A DNA stretch of 52,566 nucleotides, the filler included, from Porpidia crustulata (lineage: Eukaryota): the NCBI GenBank assembly GCA_964255105.1. It is 4 parts of 4 records of this genome, joined end to end, with 100 filler letters (N's around TTAATTAATTAA, not from the genome) between each part and the next. Parts side by side here need not be neighbours in the genome. Positions count along the whole stretch, not along the records: positions 1 to 13,105 come from CAXUWE010000461.1; 3 more parts are not named here. One strand, written 5' to 3'. Position numbers and translations under genes: made by a program. Of the stretch, positions 1 to 13,205 are shown one piece after another. Numbering within the stretch: the first letter of the stretch is position 1; every line of letters starts with the position of its first letter. Under the pieces are notes generated by a model, which was not told the origin of the DNA, made no database searches, and saw only the letters and a program-made list of their open reading frames with translations.

Positions 1-267
1 ATAGGATAAAGTAGGGGATGATTAGGTTAGGTGGTATGATGAGGTTTGATGAGGTTTGATAAGGGAGTTGGAGGGCGGAGGGTGATGCGGGCGGGGGTGT
101 AGGTGTGGAGGATTTGTGTGAGAGATTGGTGTAGTGCTGGTTCGTGGAGACGCGCTGCGTGCTAGTGTTTTTTCTGAGGCGAGGACGGCTGAGCCAATTA
201 CGCAGGATTCTTGTTTGGAGATTTCATGCCAGCGGGGAAGTTTTTTGAAAGGCGCTGATAGTTCGGC

Positions 268-2813
268 TCATCGATAGACCCCTTTGTCAAAGTAGTTCCC
301 ATAGTAATCGAAAGTCCCACGACGGCGATCATCTCTACCCGTCCACCTCACCACCTTGACCTCGCCGGGCCAGTGCCCGTCTGCATGCTTCACCCCCCGC
401 GCCATCGCATCCTCGTACGCAGCCTTCCTCTCCCTCCGGAACCTGGCGAGTTCCAGGATGACGTCCGCGCCGGCATCCACGGTATTTGTCTTTTGTTGCA
501 CGTGTGGCTGGTTCGCGGACAACCGGCTGAGGGTGGGCAAGGTCATCTTTTCGGACGAGATGGCGAGTTGGATGTTGGTGTCGGTGGCGTAGACGCCGCA
601 CTCGTCGTCGTCGCCGAAGAAGGAGAAGTCTTGGTTGGACTCGTGCGCGTGCCACAAGGCCTCGCTGTCGGCGTCCTCGGTGGAGGATTTTGTTTTATTC
701 GGCAACCTTGGGGTGGGAGGCGTAAGAGGTGAAAGACCCCCGTCAAGACCTGAAATGGTATTTTGGGAGGGCGTGGGAGCCATCTCGAGGATGATGCGTT
801 GGAGAGCGAAGATTTCCCGGGCTCCCTTGCGCTTTTCTCTGAGGCGTGGCTGTTTGAGGGCTTGAGGAGAGTCTGCAGCATGATCGATTTGTAGACTTGC
901 GAGCTCTGCTTCTAAAGCGCAGTCGCGAATGAACTCAATCAGTGTGTCAATGACATGACTATCTTTATCGTAATAAGGAACCTCGGTCAAGACAAGTGTA
1001 CGTAGTTTAGGGAGCATTCCCGGAAAAAGACCATGTGGCTTGTCTCTAGAACGCGCACGTAGCTCGTTCCGCTGCCTCTGGATGAGTGCAATACTCATCT
1101 CCGTGCTCGCAGTGGTACCTTTGAAGCCGTCGGCATCCCCGCCTGGGTCTCGCGATTTATCGAAGCCACTGACACCGTTGATGGCTTGTGCCATGGTGCC
1201 TAAGCCGGTGGCTGAGAATACAGGCGATTCCTCTTCCTCATCGACTTCTTCATCGAGCGTTTCAGGCGCATATACTCCACCACGTTTAGTTTCCGATGGG
1301 TTTCGCGACAAAGAGGGTTTCTCACCCTGAGCAGGAGATACGAAGATCTGCATTGGGTCACCCGGCAGCTCGTAGCGCGGTGCAGCTACACTATCTGGTA
1401 ACTCATGGACAGCCGCGATAGAATCCAGCTCATATACCATTGCATCCATTTCATGGAGTGAGTCTTCTGCATTAAGTTCACATGCTTTTGCGGGAGACAT
1501 GGTTTCGTCTTTGCCAGGCGCAGCTCGGGTGACCACAGCATGGTTGAGTCGGAGGAAAGTAAGGCTGCTGGAACCATACTTCTCAAGCACGGGCGTGAGC
1601 TTTTCCATCCCCGGCAGCATTACAAGATGATCCTTGAATCTTGGGGGAGATGTGGATGAATGCGAACGAGGTCTGAGCAAAACTCTTCCACTGTCGACTG
1701 CTCCAGCATCCACGACGTGAAGGTTTTGCGACTTTACCAGACTTGATATGCCCTCCACCGTCAAGTGATTGTCCGCAATGTACAGATGGGTGATACCAGC
1801 TTGCTGCAGATCTTCAGAAGGTAATCTGCTGACGAGACCTTTGGTAAGTCGTCGAACAAAATGCTCATCAAAGCTTTCGTCACGGAATTCATCTAGTACA
1901 GCAGCATCGGGTTGCACAATTCCAGCTGGCCAATCTTCAACCAAAGTAGCCGATATAGTAGCTTCTGTGCTAGAATCTTCTCCATTAATACCGTTGTTAC
2001 CTCGAAAACAGAGACCCAAGAGAGTTCTAACGCTTCGATCCGTCAGATGGTTGCCCCGAAGGTCAAGGCTTCGAACTCGGATATCTATAGCATCCGCAAG
2101 GATTTCGACATCTTCATCTCTGAGATTTACGTTGCGCAATTTGAGTACTTGCAGATTATGCATACTCTTCAACTTGGATAATACGTTCTCATCTCTGGCA
2201 GCCGAAGTATTTGAAAGGTCCACGAAAACCAGACTTGGGAAGTGGCTGAGAGCCTCCGCCAAACCTATAGACGTAGTATTCATGCAATGGGTCGCGATCA
2301 GAAGCCTGAGCGCGAAGCTCGGAGGCGTATCTACAATTGATGGTCGACGACCGCTGCTATGGTGCCGGAGTGCGAGCAGAGACTGGTGGTCGAAGAATGG
2401 CAATTCTGATACGACAAGTGACTGTAGATTTGGGAGGTTCTCGAGGACATCTCGAAGCCACTCGGAATGGGGTCCATCGTAGATTTCTGATTGTGCAGGA
2501 GGTAGGTGGAGAGTATGCGTAAGCGCTCGAACGCTATAGCGCGCCCATCGAAGGGTTCTTTTGAATCTAGTCAGGGCCACTATCAAATCAGCGAGAGACG
2601 TTCAGATGCTTTTATGTTCCTACCGTAGACTGCGTCGTTCTCAGTCCCAAAATGGGAAGCTGGATTCCCCCATAGGTAGGGAGCAAATGTTTCATTCCAT
2701 CCTCTCGAAACCCGACAAGTTGCACATAAATCAGATGATGGGATGTATAGAGCTACGGTTTTCCAATAGTCTCTGGACACAGCACTCTCGTACGACGGTG
2801 GCACGTTCTCCAT
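268..2813 (-). CDS. F-box-like / leucine-rich repeat protein (2 exons; intron 2580-2623)
   Basis: Exon 1 MENVPPSYE...YWKTVALYIPSSDLCATCRVSRGWNETFAPYLW is F-box-like. A GTAGGA...GATAG intron joins it in frame to VALTRFKR. LRR motifs follow: LPNLQSLVVSEL, LQVLKLRNVNL, VRSLDLRGNHLTD, ITHLYIADNHLT. Confidence 0.8.
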
Positions 2814-3377
2814 AGCTGCTCAGAGGAGAAGCAATCCATTTGAAGCTTCCAGTGCCATATCGAGGACAGATTTTGGGAGACATGAAGTCTTCTGAACCAG
2901 CGCGGCTGTGTGTGACCCCTCGGGAGGCCTTGAACGAAATATAGGGCGTAGTCGATCTTGATTGGTCAACTTCTCTACTTACAGAAGTTGAGATGCAAAT
3001 GGGGGGCGCAGCTTCCGAAAATCAGCACTAGACGCACCTCTCGAATTTTTGCAATTTTCGAGATGTTGAGTAACTTTATCTTCTCTCGCTGAAATGAATT
3101 AACAACAGAATTCAATTAGACTACTAGGCTTTGTAGCTTCTAAACAACCACCATCCAGATTTGGATCGATACATCTCTTGCTTCTCCATTATTACTATTT
3201 TATGACTATATACATCGATATGTGCAGCATCTTGACATCGTTTCTCGTACAAATATTTTCCGAGAAGGATTATCCAAATTATGGTAGCCAACTCGTCGCT
3301 TTTTCATTCCTGTGCAGGCCACTGTACCCAAATACTAACGGCTAGCCTCCCATACCCAAGCGTCTCGCGGCAAATTC

Positions 3378-5131
3378 CTAATAGTAAAGCCCCTTTTGCC
3401 ACCATAAACACCGTGCGTTGGCAGTGTTGTCCATTATTTCGGTTATGCTCTTACCGTCCAGGTTCAATATCTCACTGTTGTTTCCATACAGAGGGAATTT
3501 GGGAATGCCGGAACCGGAGGGAACACTAGTCTCCGCGAAAGAAGTGATATACGCTTGAAGTGCCTTTGCCGTCGCGTCGCTCTTGACCGCCGTGTTGGGT
3601 CCGTTGAAGAAAGTATAAGGAATATCCTGTCCGTGAAGTGCAGGGGGTATACTGAATTGATAGGCATAGGTTTGGTTGCCGAACGCTCTATCAAGGTAAT
3701 TGGTAGTACAGGAAAAGCTGGATTCAGCAACCGTGAGAGCCTCACGACCAATCTGATCGGTGTATCCGTATTTTTCTGAGAAATCTGCAGGGTAGAGAAC
3801 GTTCTCAATATAGCTCACAACAGCCGGACTGATATCAGGATAGTTTGAGGTCAGAAGCTGAGCGTAAGCAGTCTCATTGGTAACGGCTGGACTTGAGAAA
3901 ACCAGGCCTTCATCAGCATTGTGTCCAAGCATTAACTTCAAATTCTTGTAGAAAGAGCCTTGTAGAAGGAGTTTCCCAGGAAGAGCTGGAGCGAATAATC
4001 CATCGACGACTGGGCCGTACGAGAATTGCCCATACGATGAGCCACCAACCTGGACTGAATTCGCAGCAATCAGTGCGTTGGATGGTAATTTTCTTGCCTC
4101 TTCGATTGTGCTAACATTCAACAGTGTCAAGAATTTCTGGGCTGTCAGTTCCTGTTGGTAATTCGAAGGGTTGTTTTGCCACGCAGGACTTTGAAGGACA
4201 GCTTGCTGGAAAGGTGCGGGTCCGTCAAGTCCACCGAAGGCTGTGATTTGATGAAAGATCGAACCACCTCCGGCCGACTCTCCAAAGACAGTGACCCGTT
4301 TGGGATCACCGCCGAAACGGTGGATGTTTTTTTGTACCCATTGCAAGGCGAGTCGCTGGTCGTACAAGGCGGCATTCGCTGTACCATCACTCTGTAGAGT
4401 CGGTCCCGAAATCCACCCAAAGGCCCCCAATCGATAATTAAGGGCGACATAGACAACTCCGTCAGAACCAGAAGCTTGGCTAGCTCTCAGAAGACCAGAG
4501 GGGTTGTATGTCCCAAATCCGGTCTTCTCTCCGGCGGTGTAACCTCCACCATATATCCATACCAGAACCGGTGCTCCCCCATTCGACTTCTTGTCATTAT
4601 CAGTGGAGCCATTCGTAGCTTTCTTGAAAATGGTCTGAGGTACGACTACGTCTAGGAACAAACAGTCTTCGGTTGTTCTGGGATCTGGAGGTGGGAGCTT
4701 GCCACTCAACCCGGCAAGCGCTCCTTCTGCCGCTGTGAGGTTGAAAGGCTGCCCAGTAAGGTAGGCTAAATCAAATTGTGCAGCAATAAGCTCCCAAGCA
4801 GGGTTTGCCTGAGGACATATACGCCCAACACTTCCGTCGTCTACTGTCGTACTCCTGCCTTCTGGAGCAAGGGGTGCACGGAAGCGTAACTCGCCAACCG
4901 GAGGCTGAGCGTATCTGATATTGGAAAAGTTGTAGTAACCACCAGTAGACTGGACGAGAATCAGCAACCAATTACTATACTTGTAATGTGTCCACGCACA
5001 TTGAAAGAGTTAGCCTGATGCAAGCTATAACCCAGATCAACTACTGGCAAGCCTGACGAGCTCGTGGGAGCTGCCAATGCAGCTCCGCAGAGAAAGAGAC
5101 CTACAGCGAATTTGGACAAGCTTCCTGACAT
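3378..5131 (-). CDS. Secreted carboxylesterase/lipase type B (alpha/beta hydrolase); intron 4950-4999
   Basis: Signal peptide MSGSLSKFAVGLFLCGAALA, then PVVDLGY, IRYAQPPVGELRF, EDCLFLDV, oxyanion motif WIYGGGY, nucleophile elbow GESAG, acid NADEG and histidine ALHGQD. Confidence 0.93.
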
Positions 5132-6284
5132 TTTAGTGACCAAGGAGTAGTGACGAGAAGAGCTCCATATTGGGAATCCGTGAGCTTTGTACCTCACGCT
5201 CAAGCCCAGCACAGATCCTTGTTATTAGTGCCGGAGTCTCTTCATCTCTAGGATGTCGGCACTCGTTAGGCCAGGCGTTCCGAGGTCATGATGGACCCTA
5301 TTCGAGCTGGAAAGTCGCCTGCGGCTGTATTTCTCCGTCATTGAAGCCATTAGCTCTGGTAAATCGAGAATCCCCGCAGAATGCAGTTGCTGGCGAACTG
5401 CTAGCCAATTATTAGTAGTGTGGGCTGGCGTCATTAATAATCGCTCCAATGTGTATTTGGAGGCTGGCACGCTGGTAATTTGCGCTTAGACTAACTCGAA
5501 TCGGCTTAAATCTGGACGAGGGGAAGCTCATTATCCACATCCTCGGCCCATGGACTCGATGTGGATATGTCGACAATTAGAATGCGGAGCGCAAGGCATT
5601 ACCACGTTTACCATAGTTCAGAAGTCGTTAAAGTGTTTGCGTGTTCTGAAGTGGGTAGGTCGACGAAGCGAACATCAATTCCAATTGCTGTTAATCGCCG
5701 ACAGGTACTTGAAATGACTCGCTTAGGTTTATACCCTAGACTTCAAGGGTGTTTTGTCGGAGGGCTTTCTTTGAAATCCCCGAAATTTTCCTGTCTCATT
5801 TCCATTTTTCTATCAGAACTCAGGAGGATTCTTACTGGATCAGTATTCGACAAGTGGAAAGCTTACAAGTCGAATGGCTGTCTTAGAAATCTATCAACAT
5901 CCTTAAAAAATAATCAAATTGAACCTATCTCTCATCCTCGCTTTCTAAGCCTTGAGCATCAAACTCGCAACTGAGGAGACCTTTTACTGAGGGTCTATAT
6001 GACAGACTTGCTCTTGTCAGTCCGTGACAATAGGTAGCAATGCCGCGTTAAAATCATGAGGGCATCGGTCGCCCAGCTTGCCGACCGGTTTCTTACTTTC
6101 TCCTAACGGTTGATCGGAGAATCAACCGCTTGGTTAAATCTGCCAGGTACCCCTCAAATCATTAAGCCCTGGCTTCGCGATGGTCGCTTCAGAAGACCCA
6201 TGCAATGCCGTACATAAATACGTCTGGTTGCTCAGTTCCTGACCATCTGCTGTACTGATATCCTTTGCTACTTTCGAGTCCAGA

Positions 6285-7062
6285 ATGCATCCCTTAAAAC
6301 TTCTCTCCATATTGTTGCTGGTAGTCAGTGTTTCCGCCCAAGACCCCTTTCAGATCTACAACCAAACCAAACGCCTTCCTGCTGGCTGCGTGGGTGGTTA
6401 TAAAGCTGGAACGGACACCGTCCTGTACAGTGTTCCTTATACGTATACCCAAGTGCTGTCGATCATTGGATCTTTTAAGAACCTGACTTGGAGTGGGAAC
6501 CCTGATAACACGGTGAATAGTCATACAATCTCCAATGCTCAAGTAAAAGCTGATGTTGGTGCAGGTCACACTCAACGGCACCGATAACCAGCTTGGTACG
6601 GCTAGAACATACGACACTGCCGGAGCACACGTGGTCGAGACCATCATGGTCTACGAGAAACCAGCCGCAGGGCCATACAATGAAGTCCACACCTTGGCAC
6701 CCCTATCGATCCCCAAGGTCAATCTTAGCTTCTACGGCGACTACGATGGTACCGTCGTGACACCGATATGCGGCGGGTCTGCCAGCCAGTTCAACTTCAC
6801 CATCAACTTCTGCGCAACCAACGCCACGGCGGCAGCGTCAATCCTCCATATGCTCCATCTGGCCGACGCGACTACCGTTGGTGTTTTCTTGGGCAACCAG
6901 AACTTCACTTCCTGTGCGGCTCTCAACTCTACTTCTTCTGGAAACACGAACACAACCGTGGGATCGGCTCCGATGCCGTCGGCTTTTACTGGGGATTCGA
7001 ACGTACCGCGCGCGAGTTTTGCACTGCTCGGATTTGGTGCTCTTGCTGCATTGTTACTCTGA
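6285..7062 (+). CDS. Secreted, probably GPI-anchored protein (~241 aa) with an SRPBCC/polyketide-cyclase-like segment; intron 6513-6564
   Basis: Signal peptide MHPLKLLSILLLVVSVSA. A GTGAAT...GCTGAT...GCAG intron joins the two ORFs in phase 0. Ser/Thr/Asn-rich linker and hydrophobic C-terminus ASFALLGFGALAALLL. The core VLSIIGSFKNLTWSG...LGTARTY...VVETI resembles SRPBCC proteins. Confidence 0.8.
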
Positions 7063-9497
7063 AAATCTCCGGCACATTCTTGTACAAACTCCAAAATTAG
7101 AAGTATATAAAAAGGTAGCCATATTGCACATATTGTTTATGTTGTCTTACAAGTAATGGAAGGTGTCCAATAGCCTATGTAAGAAATAGGAACAACCATG
7201 TATTCGCTTGAGTTCTTCAGCTGAGCTTCGATGCTAAAAGCCAAGTACTTCCGATCGAACGGGTCTGCCTCAACGAGAGAGATTGCTATCGATCTATATC
7301 GAAGACCAAGTTTTCTCCAGACGGTGCATATAATTCCCCTTGTATTCGTTACGGATCTCCCCAATAGCTTTGTTCTGCGCTCGGTGTTTTGATCCGACCT
7401 CGCATCTGAGGCTCCATCCATCGGTTTCATGTATGTCAGTAACGAAGGGGCAAATACGTTGCACTTGGTAACAGTCGATTACATTTCGAAAACACAATCT
7501 CTATTCGGCGGTGCTGCTCACAAACTTATCGGGTCATGGCACCAAGTATACGGGTGCATCTGACGTGCATGGCGGCCGTCTCTCCATTGATCCATTCAAT
7601 TGCTCCAGACCAATAATGATTTGTCGATGACGTTTATCAATAGCCAGAAAACCCTTGTTGCGCATTAGTGTTTTGCAAATCCATAAGGTTGTCATACATA
7701 CTGTCACAACGCAACTTGATCATGCTCTTTCCCAAGGATATCATAAGTTGGCATCTTCAATGTTGTTCATAGTGCCAGGATTGAGAGGAAAGCCGTTGTA
7801 TTTCTGTTGCGCAATGCAGTTTAGCACGAACGGCATTATTAGCAGGATGAAGACTCTTTATCTGTGCCATTTCCTTCGGCCTCGATCAGCGCTTTTGAAT
7901 TTCATCAAGAATGGTCCAGGTAAGACAATCCACGCGAATTTGTAGCAAGGAAATGCAAAAATACAAACATCGGGATTCTTTGCAAAAATACCAATGTGGG
8001 GTCCCGCTGATGTCGAAGCTGAAGCACATCGCCGGAATCTCTACAAAAGGGAATCGGCAGCTTCTTCTAATCAGTCAGCGTTGCGAGATAGGTCCGAGGT
8101 CATTCACTCGATGGATTTTGATTATCTTTCGGCACACCCGGCTCGTTCGACCTGTGACCACCGTGCCACCATCCAAATATGGTGGTGCTTGGATCGTGTG
8201 CCACATCAGTCAACCACGGTTTTGTTCCGTTGTAATAGATATATACCTCACCAGACTGTCGGATTTGACAACCGTGAGCGATTTATTTCTTTGCCCTAAT
8301 GTCGATCATATTTATGGATTTCCCTCAAGCCAACAAGCCGGCAATTATCTCTTCTATCTATCCGGATTCTCATGATCCAACGCCCTGTAGCAAAATTCAC
8401 GATTCGTGATCATGGATCACCCTACTCACTCGCGAGGTCGGTCCGTTTCATGCATCTCTACGACCAAGAGGGTTTAGCCTTCCCGTCGTTAGTAGATGAT
8501 CTGAAGCTTTGACTGGCATCGTTGGCTCGCCGCTTGGAGGTCTTTCCCACCGGACCCCCCCTGCTTCCTTCGGTCATCCAAAACTCCACAAGCCGAGACG
8601 AATAATCTCTCATTCTCCGTATTATTGAAACCACTTTCCGGACCCGCGAATTCACCAATTGAAATCACCAAGACACCTAATCTATTAATCTAAATATCGA
8701 ATTAGCTGGAGCACTGCGGTAGCTCTTCTACAGAACTGAAGATCAATCGAGGAGAGACATTGTTGTGCTTCAGATCATAATTGGGGTACCTAATCAGCAC
8801 AAAAGCAAAGCTCGTAATTATGACGTGGGATTGCAGGATTCCTTTCCCGCGGCGTTGCGGGGAGCGACGAATTGGTGAATTTGGGCGGCCAGGGAGCTCG
8901 TAAGCTAAGAAAACAGTACGGTTGAAAGTGATTCGTCCTCCTGTTGATTTGGGGTAATTAAAGAATAATACCACGGCCAACGTCGTTAGTGGGCGGTTGA
9001 TAAGGCGTATTTGCTCTCGTCAAGACCTACCCAATTCGTCCATATTGTAAGAAACACCAGATAACAGCCACCAAACAGTAATTTATAGATAGTGCCCGTG
9101 AATGCAATGCAGTGTAACATCTAGAGTTGATATCATTTGGTATCCATGGTATGTCGATAAAGTTCGTTCGTGGGAAATATTCACTGTGCATCCTGCCTTG
9201 CAATGCTTCCGACCATTCCGGGTGCCAATTCCCACTCAGCTATGGTTATCCAGAGACAGTAGTAAAAGTGAGAGTGGGTGAGAGGAATAAACAGAAGAAA
9301 CAGCGCACTAGCAACAAATCCCGCAAAGCAAATCTCATTCTTACCACGTATCGAGCTAACCATAACAAAATAAATAATAACGCTTAGTAGCTTCTGTACT
9401 TAAACACCTTGAGAGCCGGCCCTTCTAACTTTCCCCTCTTATCCCTCTCCACTCTACTGTTCGGACGTCGTCAATTTCGAGTTGTCGATAATTCAAG

Positions 9498-12400
9498 ATG
9501 GCTCCAGATCACTTGTGAGTACTGCCTGAGCTCAATTGGCTGCCCTTCACGAGTTGCAGCCACTAACTGTGTAGAAAATTCGATCTCAATGGCGACGATC
9601 CCGACAGAAAGAAGTCGGCAGATGGGAGAGGCCAATCCATCTACGACGCCAAACGCGATGTCACTGGAGATGAATACGCCGACTTGGTTCGCTACATAAG
9701 TACTCACTATGAAGGACCTCGAAGAAAGTCGGTCGTGTCGCTCGGCGATGATAAGGCAAAGAAGAGACCCTGGTATGCGTTCTGGAAAAGCCGTGGTAAG
9801 ACCGGAGCTGGCGAAGATGGTTTCGAGATGCCCGACGATTGGGTCACGACAACCATTCGCCAGGGTCTCAGCAGCAACGACGTGGAGAGCAGACGGCGGC
9901 ATACGTATGATCATCCATTGCCCAGTCTCATTAATTGAACGCTGACCTTTTAATAGCGGCTTCAACGAGCTTGTACGTTGTGTTTCAATGTGGTTCGCAA
10001 CGAAAGCAATACTAACTATTGAATAGACAACGGAAAAGGAAAACATGTTTCTCAAGGTAATTTAAATAGTAACAGGGTTTTGATGCTGAATGCTCATATT
10101 GCTTTTAGTTCTTGTCCTACTTTACTGGTCCTATTCTCTACGGTAGGCGCTGTTTAGATACCCGCAATGGGCACTCTTTATAACACGTGATCTAGTCATG
10201 GAACTTGCTGTACTCCTTGCAGCCGGTCTGCGCGACTGGATCGATTTCGGTGTCATCATTGCTATCCTTCTCCTCAACGCTACTGTCGGATGGTATCAAG
10301 AAAAGCAGGCTGCCGACGTTGTCGCAAGTTTGAAAGGTGACATCGCAATGAGAGCCACCGTGGTTCGTGACGGTGCAGAACACGACATCAAGGCCAGGGA
10401 GCTCGTCCCTGGAGACATAGTAAGGATGTTGCCTTCCAGGTCAACTAGCTACATCAACTTACAACTGATAGGTCATCATCGAAGAAGGTCAAGTTGTTCC
10501 TGCTGATGCTCGTTTGATATGCGCCTACGATAACCCCGAGGCCTTCCCCGAGTACGAAGAATTAATGCGTCAAGAAAACAACGAACCGTCGGAGAAAAAA
10601 GATGAAGAAGACGACGACGAGGATGACAAACACCACGGAACGTCGTTGGTGGCGTGCGACCAGTCTGCCATTACCGGAGAATCTCTCGCTGTGGACAAGT
10701 TTATGGGTGATACTGTGTACTACACCACTGGATGCAAGCGTGGAAAGGCTTTCGGCGTCGTTATCGCACCAGCTAAAACATCTTTCGTTGGTCGCACCGC
10801 TTCTTTGGTCCAGGGCGCAAAGGACCAAGGTCACTTCAAGGCGATCATGAACTCTATCGGTACCGCGTTGCTCGTCGTCGTTGTGGCCTGGATTCTCATT
10901 TCTTGGATCGGCGGCTTTTACCACCACCTCAAACTTGCTACTCCACAGGACAGCTCGACTAACCTGCTCCATTACGCTCTTATTCTTTTGATTGTTGGTG
11001 TTCCTGTCGGTCTGCCAGTTGTTACCACGACCACTTTGGCTGTCGGAGCTGCCTATTTGGCAAAGGAGAAGGCTATCGTTCAAAAGCTTACGGCCATCGA
11101 ATCTCTTGCTGGTGTCGACGTACTTTGCTCTGACAAGACCGGTACGCTTACCGCCAATCAATTGAGTATACGTGACCCGTACGTTGCAGAAGGCGTGGAC
11201 GTTAATTGGATGATGGCCGTTGCTGCTCTCGCCTCTTCGCATAACATCAAATCATTGGACCCTATCGACAAGGTCACAATCCTCACCCTGAAGCGATTTC
11301 CCAAGGCACGCGAAATATTGGAGCAAGGCTGGAAGACTGAGAGCTTCACCCCATTCGACCCTGTTTCCAAACGTATTACGGCTGTCGCTACTTGTGACGG
11401 AGTTCGGTATACCTGCGCCAAGGGTGCTCCCAAGGCTATTCTTCAGCTTTCAAATTGCAGCGTAGAAACGTCGGACCTGTTCAAGACTAAAGCGGCCGAA
11501 TTCGCTCGCCGTGGTTTCCGCTCGCTTGGTGTTGCCGTCAAGAAGAACAATGAGGATTGGGAACTGCTCGGAATGCTGTCCATGTTCGACCCTCCTCGCG
11601 AAGATACGGCGCAAACTATTGCCGAGGCTCAATTCCTCGGTCTCCAGGTTAAGATGCTTACGGGTGATGCCATTGCCATTGCCAAGGAGACCTGTAAGAT
11701 GTTGGCGTTGGGTACCAAGGTTTACAACTCGGACAGACTGATCCATGGAGGCCTCAGCGGTGTAACGCAACATGACTTGGTTGAACGCGCCGATGGTTTC
11801 GCCGAAGTTTTTCCCGAACACAAGTATCAAGTCGTCGAGATGATTCAACAAAGAGGTCATTTGACCGCCATGACTGGCGATGGTGTCAACGATGCGCCTT
11901 CTCTCAAGAAATCTGACTGTGGTATTGCCGTCGAGGGTGCCTCGGAAGCTGCTCAAGCTGCTGCAGATATTGTTTTCCTCGCGCCTGGTTTGAGTACCAT
12001 TGTCAGTGCCATCAAGATTGCCCGACAAATTTTCCAACGTATGAAGGCGTATATTCAATACCGTATTGCCCTCTGTTTCCATTTGGAAATTTACTTGGTC
12101 ACATCCATGGTCATTATCAATGAAACCCTCCGTGTCGATCTCGTCGTCTTCCTCGCCTTGTTTGCTGATTTGGCGACAATTGCCGTTGCATATGACAATG
12201 CTCACTACGAGGCACGTCCCGTCGAATGGCAACTTCCTAAGATCTGGATCATCTCTGTCACTCTGGGTATACTACTCGCTCTTGCGACTTGGATCATGCG
12301 TGGTGCACTCTTCCTTCCCAACGGTGGTATCCTCCAAAACTTCGGTAACGTGCAGGAAATGCTATTCTTGGAAATCTCGTTGACTGAGAATTGGCTCATC

Positions 12401-12876
12401 TTCGTCACTCGTGGTGGTAAGACCTGGCCTTCATGGCAATTGGTATTTGCCATTTTCGGTGTTGATGTGTTGGCCACCTTGTTCTGTGTCTTTGGATGGA
12501 TCTCGGGTCCCAGCTACCTGACCAACCCTCGTGACCGTGCTCAAGTCATCGACAATAACGGACGTACCAGCGTTGTCACCGCTGTCGTCATCTGGGCTTA
12601 CTCCATTGGCGTGACTATTGTCATTGCGATTGTCTACTTCCTCCTCAATAAGATCGAATGGCTCGACAACCTCGGCCGCAAGACCCGCAGCCGTAGCGAC
12701 ACCAAGATCGGTAAGCATCAATTCTTGTATCAACTCTTGATTTTCACTAATATGATTACCCAGAAAACATCCTCGGCCACCTCTCCAAGATCGCTGTCCA
12801 ACACGAGACAGACAAGGAGGGCAACTCCCGCTGGCACCTTGCCCCCAAGGCCACCGAGGCCGAGATGGACGATTAA
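9498..12876 (+). CDS. PMA1: Plasma membrane H+-ATPase (P3A type), 8 exons
   Basis: Motifs DQSAITGES, CSDKTGTLT (phosphorylated Asp), KGAP, DPPR, MLTGD and TGDGVNDAPSLKK. Exons 9498-9514, 9575-9904, 9957-9972, 10027-10056, 10109-10142, 10196-10419, 10472-12710 and 12764-12876 splice in frame with GT-AG introns. Confidence 0.97.
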
Positions 12877-13105
12877 GGAAGCCGGTTGGGATTTCCTTGC
12901 TGTTTCTGGATAAAAGGATTTTATCAATGGGGGGAGGGAGAAGGGGTATGTGCGGGCAGATTTCCATCGAGTTCGGACGTGTAATTCCCTAGTATTTCTA
13001 CTACAAAACTTCGGGTACATAGATGTTTGCAATACATGCACGTAGCTGACTGAATTTTTCCTTGTTCCTATCAATTCTGATCCGATAATTATTGAGTATC
13101 GCTCC

Positions 13106-13205
13106 NNNNNNNNNNNNNNNNNNNNNNNNNNNNNNNNNNNNNNNNNNNNTTAATTAATTAANNNNNNNNNNNNNNNNNNNNNNNNNNNNNNNNNNNNNNN
13201 NNNNN
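13106..13205. other. Artificial contig spacer (N44-TTAATTAATTAA-N44)
   Basis: Exactly 100 nt, with a central palindrome giving stops in all six frames; identical to the other two spacers. Confidence 0.98.

Noticed and set aside
1..120. TTAGGTTAGG and a GATGAGGTTT duplication as telomere or satellite
   Set aside because: No tandem TTAGGG array; it is a G-rich low-complexity 3' flank with only two-copy repeats.
7137..8980. Short ORFs and an intron-like GTATGT...CTAAT...AAG on the minus strand between the GPI gene and PMA1
   Set aside because: No spliced open frame or recognisable domain could be built; a decayed gene cannot be excluded.
12711..12913. ORF-track C-terminus of PMA1 (GKHQFLYQ...FLAVSG)
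   Set aside because: Read-through of intron 12711-12763; the spliced frame stops at 12876.
13150..13161. Recurring TTAATTAATTAA palindrome as a biological periodic element
   Set aside because: Always centred in exactly 44+44 Ns; it is a synthetic six-frame stop linker.
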